NCBI GenBank assembly: GCA_003457135.1
Contig: DMSQ01000014.1
Coordinates: forward strand, 10,759-74,758
Length of the DNA: 64,000 nucleotides
Direction of reading: 5' to 3'
Source of the DNA: Prolixibacteraceae bacterium
GTDB taxonomy: Bacteria > Bacteroidota > Bacteroidia > Bacteroidales > Prolixibacteraceae
Shown here: positions 61,544-64,000 of the stretch, piece by piece
How the letters are laid out: every line of letters starts with the position of its first letter
Numbering within the stretch: position 1 is the stretch's first letter
Position numbers and translations under genes: made by a program
The notes under the pieces: model-generated
The model's database searches: none
Told to the model about the DNA's origin: nothing
Seen by the model: only the letters and a program-made list of their open reading frames with translations

Positions 61544-63625
61544 ATGACTCTCGCCGAAATACTTCGCGACTCGAATTACAAAATTACCCAGTTCGACCTT
61601 GTCCAGATACAGGAATTTGAAAAACGAATTGTTGCCCGACACGATAAAAAGGGAACTCCTGTCCCCTATATTACCTGTTTAGTCCGGAAAAAGGAAATTA
61701 AATTAGTTCCTGAAGAAGTCGTGCGCCAGTTGTTTCTGAGTGTGTTGATAAATGACTTCGGTTATCCGGCAGAGCGTATGGAACTGGAATACGCGGTATC
61801 GTTCGGACGAGAGAAAAAGCGAGCCGACATTGTGATTTTCGACAAACAGAAAACCACCACGCCTTACATTATGGTGGAGTTGAAAAAACCCAAACTAAAA
61901 GACGGAAAAGAACAACTCAAATCGTATTGCAATGCTACTGGCGCACCGATTGGCGTATGGAGCAATGGAGAATCCATCTCGTTTTACCACCGCAAAGATC
62001 CCAATTATTTCGAAGATATTCCTGGAATCCCCAAGGCATCCGAAAAACTATCCGACATTCTTTCGGAACGCTGGACAATCAAGGAACTTATCGAAAAAGA
62101 CAAGCTGGTTACCGAGCGCAAATCATTGAAAGATTTGATTCTGGAAATGGAAGACGAAGTACTGGCCAACGCCGGGGTTGATGTGTTTGAGGAACTGTTT
62201 AAACTCATTTTCACCAAACTGTTCGACGAAATGGAATCGGGCCGCAATGCTACTCGCTTCCTCGAATTTCGTAATTATGGCGATACCGAAACCGAGCTAA
62301 AAGATAAAATACAGAACCTGTTCAACAAAGCCAAAAAGAAATGGGAAGGTGTATTTTCATCCGATTCCAAAATTGAACTGACCGCTTCGCACCTTTCTGT
62401 TTGTGTTTCGTCGTTGCAGGATGTGAAACTGTTTAATTCGAACCTCGATGTGGTTGACGAAGCCTTCGAATACCTGATCAATAAAAGCAGCAAAGGCGAA
62501 AAAGGACAGTATTTTACGCCGCGTTATGTGATTGATATGGCCGTAAAAATGCTTAACCCGAATGAGCATGAAACCATGATTGACACGGCAGCAGGAAGTT
62601 GCGGATTCCCTGTGCATACCATTTTCCATGTGTGGGAACAAATACTGAAACGCAAAGGGTTGAACAAAAGTCACCTGTTTACCCTTGAAGATAAACCTGT
62701 TGAATGTGTTGACTATGTTCAGGAAAAAGTGTTTGCCATTGATTTTGACGAAAAGGCCGTGCGTGTTGGCCGGACCCTGAACCTAATTGCAGGCGACGGA
62801 CAAACCAATGTGCTGCACCTGAACACACTCGACTGGGAACGTTGGGACGATAAAACCAAAGACGAAGACTGGCTCGATATTTACAACGAAGGCTGGAAAA
62901 AGCTGAAACGCCTGCGCACCTCGAAAGACAGCAACCACGATTTTCAGTTTGATATTTTGATGGCCAATCCGCCATTTGCAGGCGACATTAAAGAAAGCCG
63001 GATATTGGCCAAATACGAACTGGGCAAAAATGCCGGGGGAAAATACCAAACCAAGGTTGGCCGCGACATTCTGTTTATTGAGCGTAACCTCGATTTCCTG
63101 AAAACGGGTGGACGAATGGCCATTGTGTTGCCGCAAGGCCGCTTTAACAACAGCAGCGACAAACAAATCCGCGAATTTATTGCCGAGCGCTGCCGCATTT
63201 TAGCCGTAGTGGGCTTGCACGGCAATGTTTTTAAACCACACACCGGAACCAAAACAAGTGTGCTGCTGGTGCAGAAATGGGAAGATAAATTATGCCCGAA
63301 ACGGGAAGATTATCCCATCTTTTTTGCCACCATGCAGGAATCCAGCAAAGACAATAGTGGAGATAAAATTTATCTGCGGAAACGCGATAATCCCCGCTAC
63401 CAGGTAAAACCGCAAGAACCGGTTTACGAGCAAGGCGAACTGGAATTAAACGACCCACAGGCTTTTTATGTAAGCACAGCCAAAGACCTCGACGAATATT
63501 TGCTCGACGATCACGGACACCTGATTGTAAAACACGACCTGTTTAACCACGATGACCAGACCCGCGACGGCATTGCTGAAGCTTTTGCCGAATTCGCCAA
63601 AAAAGAGCGCCTCAGTTTTTTTTAA
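61544..63625 (+). CDS. Fused restriction endonuclease (HsdR-N-like) plus N6-adenine methyltransferase
   Basis: ADIVIF...VELKKP nuclease motif, GQYFTPR, DTAAGSCGF, NPPF. Confidence 0.9.
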   Translation: MTLAEILRDSNYKITQFDLVQIQEFEKRIVARHDKKGTPVPYITCLVRKKEIKLVPEEVVRQLFLSVLINDFGYPAERMELEYAVSFGREKKRADIVIFDKQKTTTPYIMVELKKPKLKDGKEQLKSYCNATGAPIGVWSNGESISFYHRKDPNYFEDIPGIPKASEKLSDILSERWTIKELIEKDKLVTERKSLKDLILEMEDEVLANAGVDVFEELFKLIFTKLFDEMESGRNATRFLEFRNYGDTETELKDKIQNLFNKAKKKWEGVFSSDSKIELTASHLSVCVSSLQDVKLFNSNLDVVDEAFEYLINKSSKGEKGQYFTPRYVIDMAVKMLNPNEHETMIDTAAGSCGFPVHTIFHVWEQILKRKGLNKSHLFTLEDKPVECVDYVQEKVFAIDFDEKAVRVGRTLNLIAGDGQTNVLHLNTLDWERWDDKTKDEDWLDIYNEGWKKLKRLRTSKDSNHDFQFDILMANPPFAGDIKESRILAKYELGKNAGGKYQTKVGRDILFIERNLDFLKTGGRMAIVLPQGRFNNSSDKQIREFIAERCRILAVVGLHGNVFKPHTGTKTSVLLVQKWEDKLCPKREDYPIFFATMQESSKDNSGDKIYLRKRDNPRYQVKPQEPVYEQGELELNDPQAFYVSTAKDLDEYLLDDHGHLIVKHDLFNHDDQTRDGIAEAFAEFAKKERLSFF
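63616..63623 (+). other. T8 slippery tract at the RM/specificity junction
   Basis: CTC AGT TTT TTT TAA; one extra T or a -1 shift reads SFF-LSSPFNEAKY into the S frame. Confidence 0.65.
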
Positions 63626-64000
63626 GTAGCCCTTTCAACGAAGCAAAATATAAGGCATTGTTGGAAGGGCTGGAAGCGGCAGAAATTTACAAATCTAGAA
63701 TTGGTTATGAAAATGACATTTTTAGATTTGATAGCCAATATTTCAAAAATGAATATCTTAAAGAAGATGTCAATCGGAAAAAGTATGAAAACAATTATCT
63801 CGGTCAAATCGCTTTCATCACTGACGGACAACATGGCTATCATGAAGTTGATGAAAATTCACCTATTAGACATTTAACTGCAAAAAATGCCAAGGGTTGG
63901 TTTGCTAATGATATTGATGCCGATAGAATTGCAAAATGGGTTGATGACAATAACAAACGCTCCTCTTTAGAAAAGGATGATTTGATTCTTTCAACTCGTG
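63622..64000 (+). CDS. HsdS-like specificity subunit, partial (runs off the window), no in-frame ATG
   Basis: Open frame LSSPFNEAKYKALLEGLE...ITDGQHG...LEKDDLILSTR; missed by the ORF track. Confidence 0.8.

Noticed and set aside
1-64000. tRNA, rRNA, CRISPR arrays and IS transposases
   Set aside because: No cloverleaf or T-loop signature, rRNA-like sequence, regular repeat-spacer array or transposase motif was seen

Overview
Chromosomal segment of a Bacteroidota bacterium (gene content and TAnnTTTG-type promoter motifs; a Prolixibacteraceae/Marinilabiliales-like lineage is my inference). From left to right: (1) two toxin-antitoxin pairs, the second bracketed by a duplicated dnaE2 3' end; (2) an SOS-type mutagenesis cassette (S24/LexA-like repressor divergent from dinB-dnaE2); (3) purF and a nitroreductase; (4) a 20,212-bp integrative element inserted in the 3' end of mnmE, with both att sites visible (core CCGATGCA at 9855 and 30067); (5) housekeeping genes (mnmE, fabG, clpC, gyrA, a 2-oxoacid dehydrogenase E2-E1-flavodoxin operon, pyrK-pyrD, outer-membrane and lipoprotein genes); (6) a restriction-modification locus whose specificity subunit lies one T8 slip out of frame with the R-M gene. 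The element is the most interesting object. It has an intact tyrosine integrase, arm-type repeats, a repressor switch with four operators, and a phage-type initiator with internal iterons plus DnaB. It also encodes two proteins resembling podovirus ejection/pilot proteins, one a 2068-aa polyvalent protein (HExxxH metallopeptidase-like and LPD38-like regions). I recognise no capsid, portal, terminase, tail, lysis or relaxase gene, which suggests a satellite-like element carrying only a DNA-delivery module. No rRNA, tRNA or CRISPR array was found. All family assignments come from motif recognition, not database searches.
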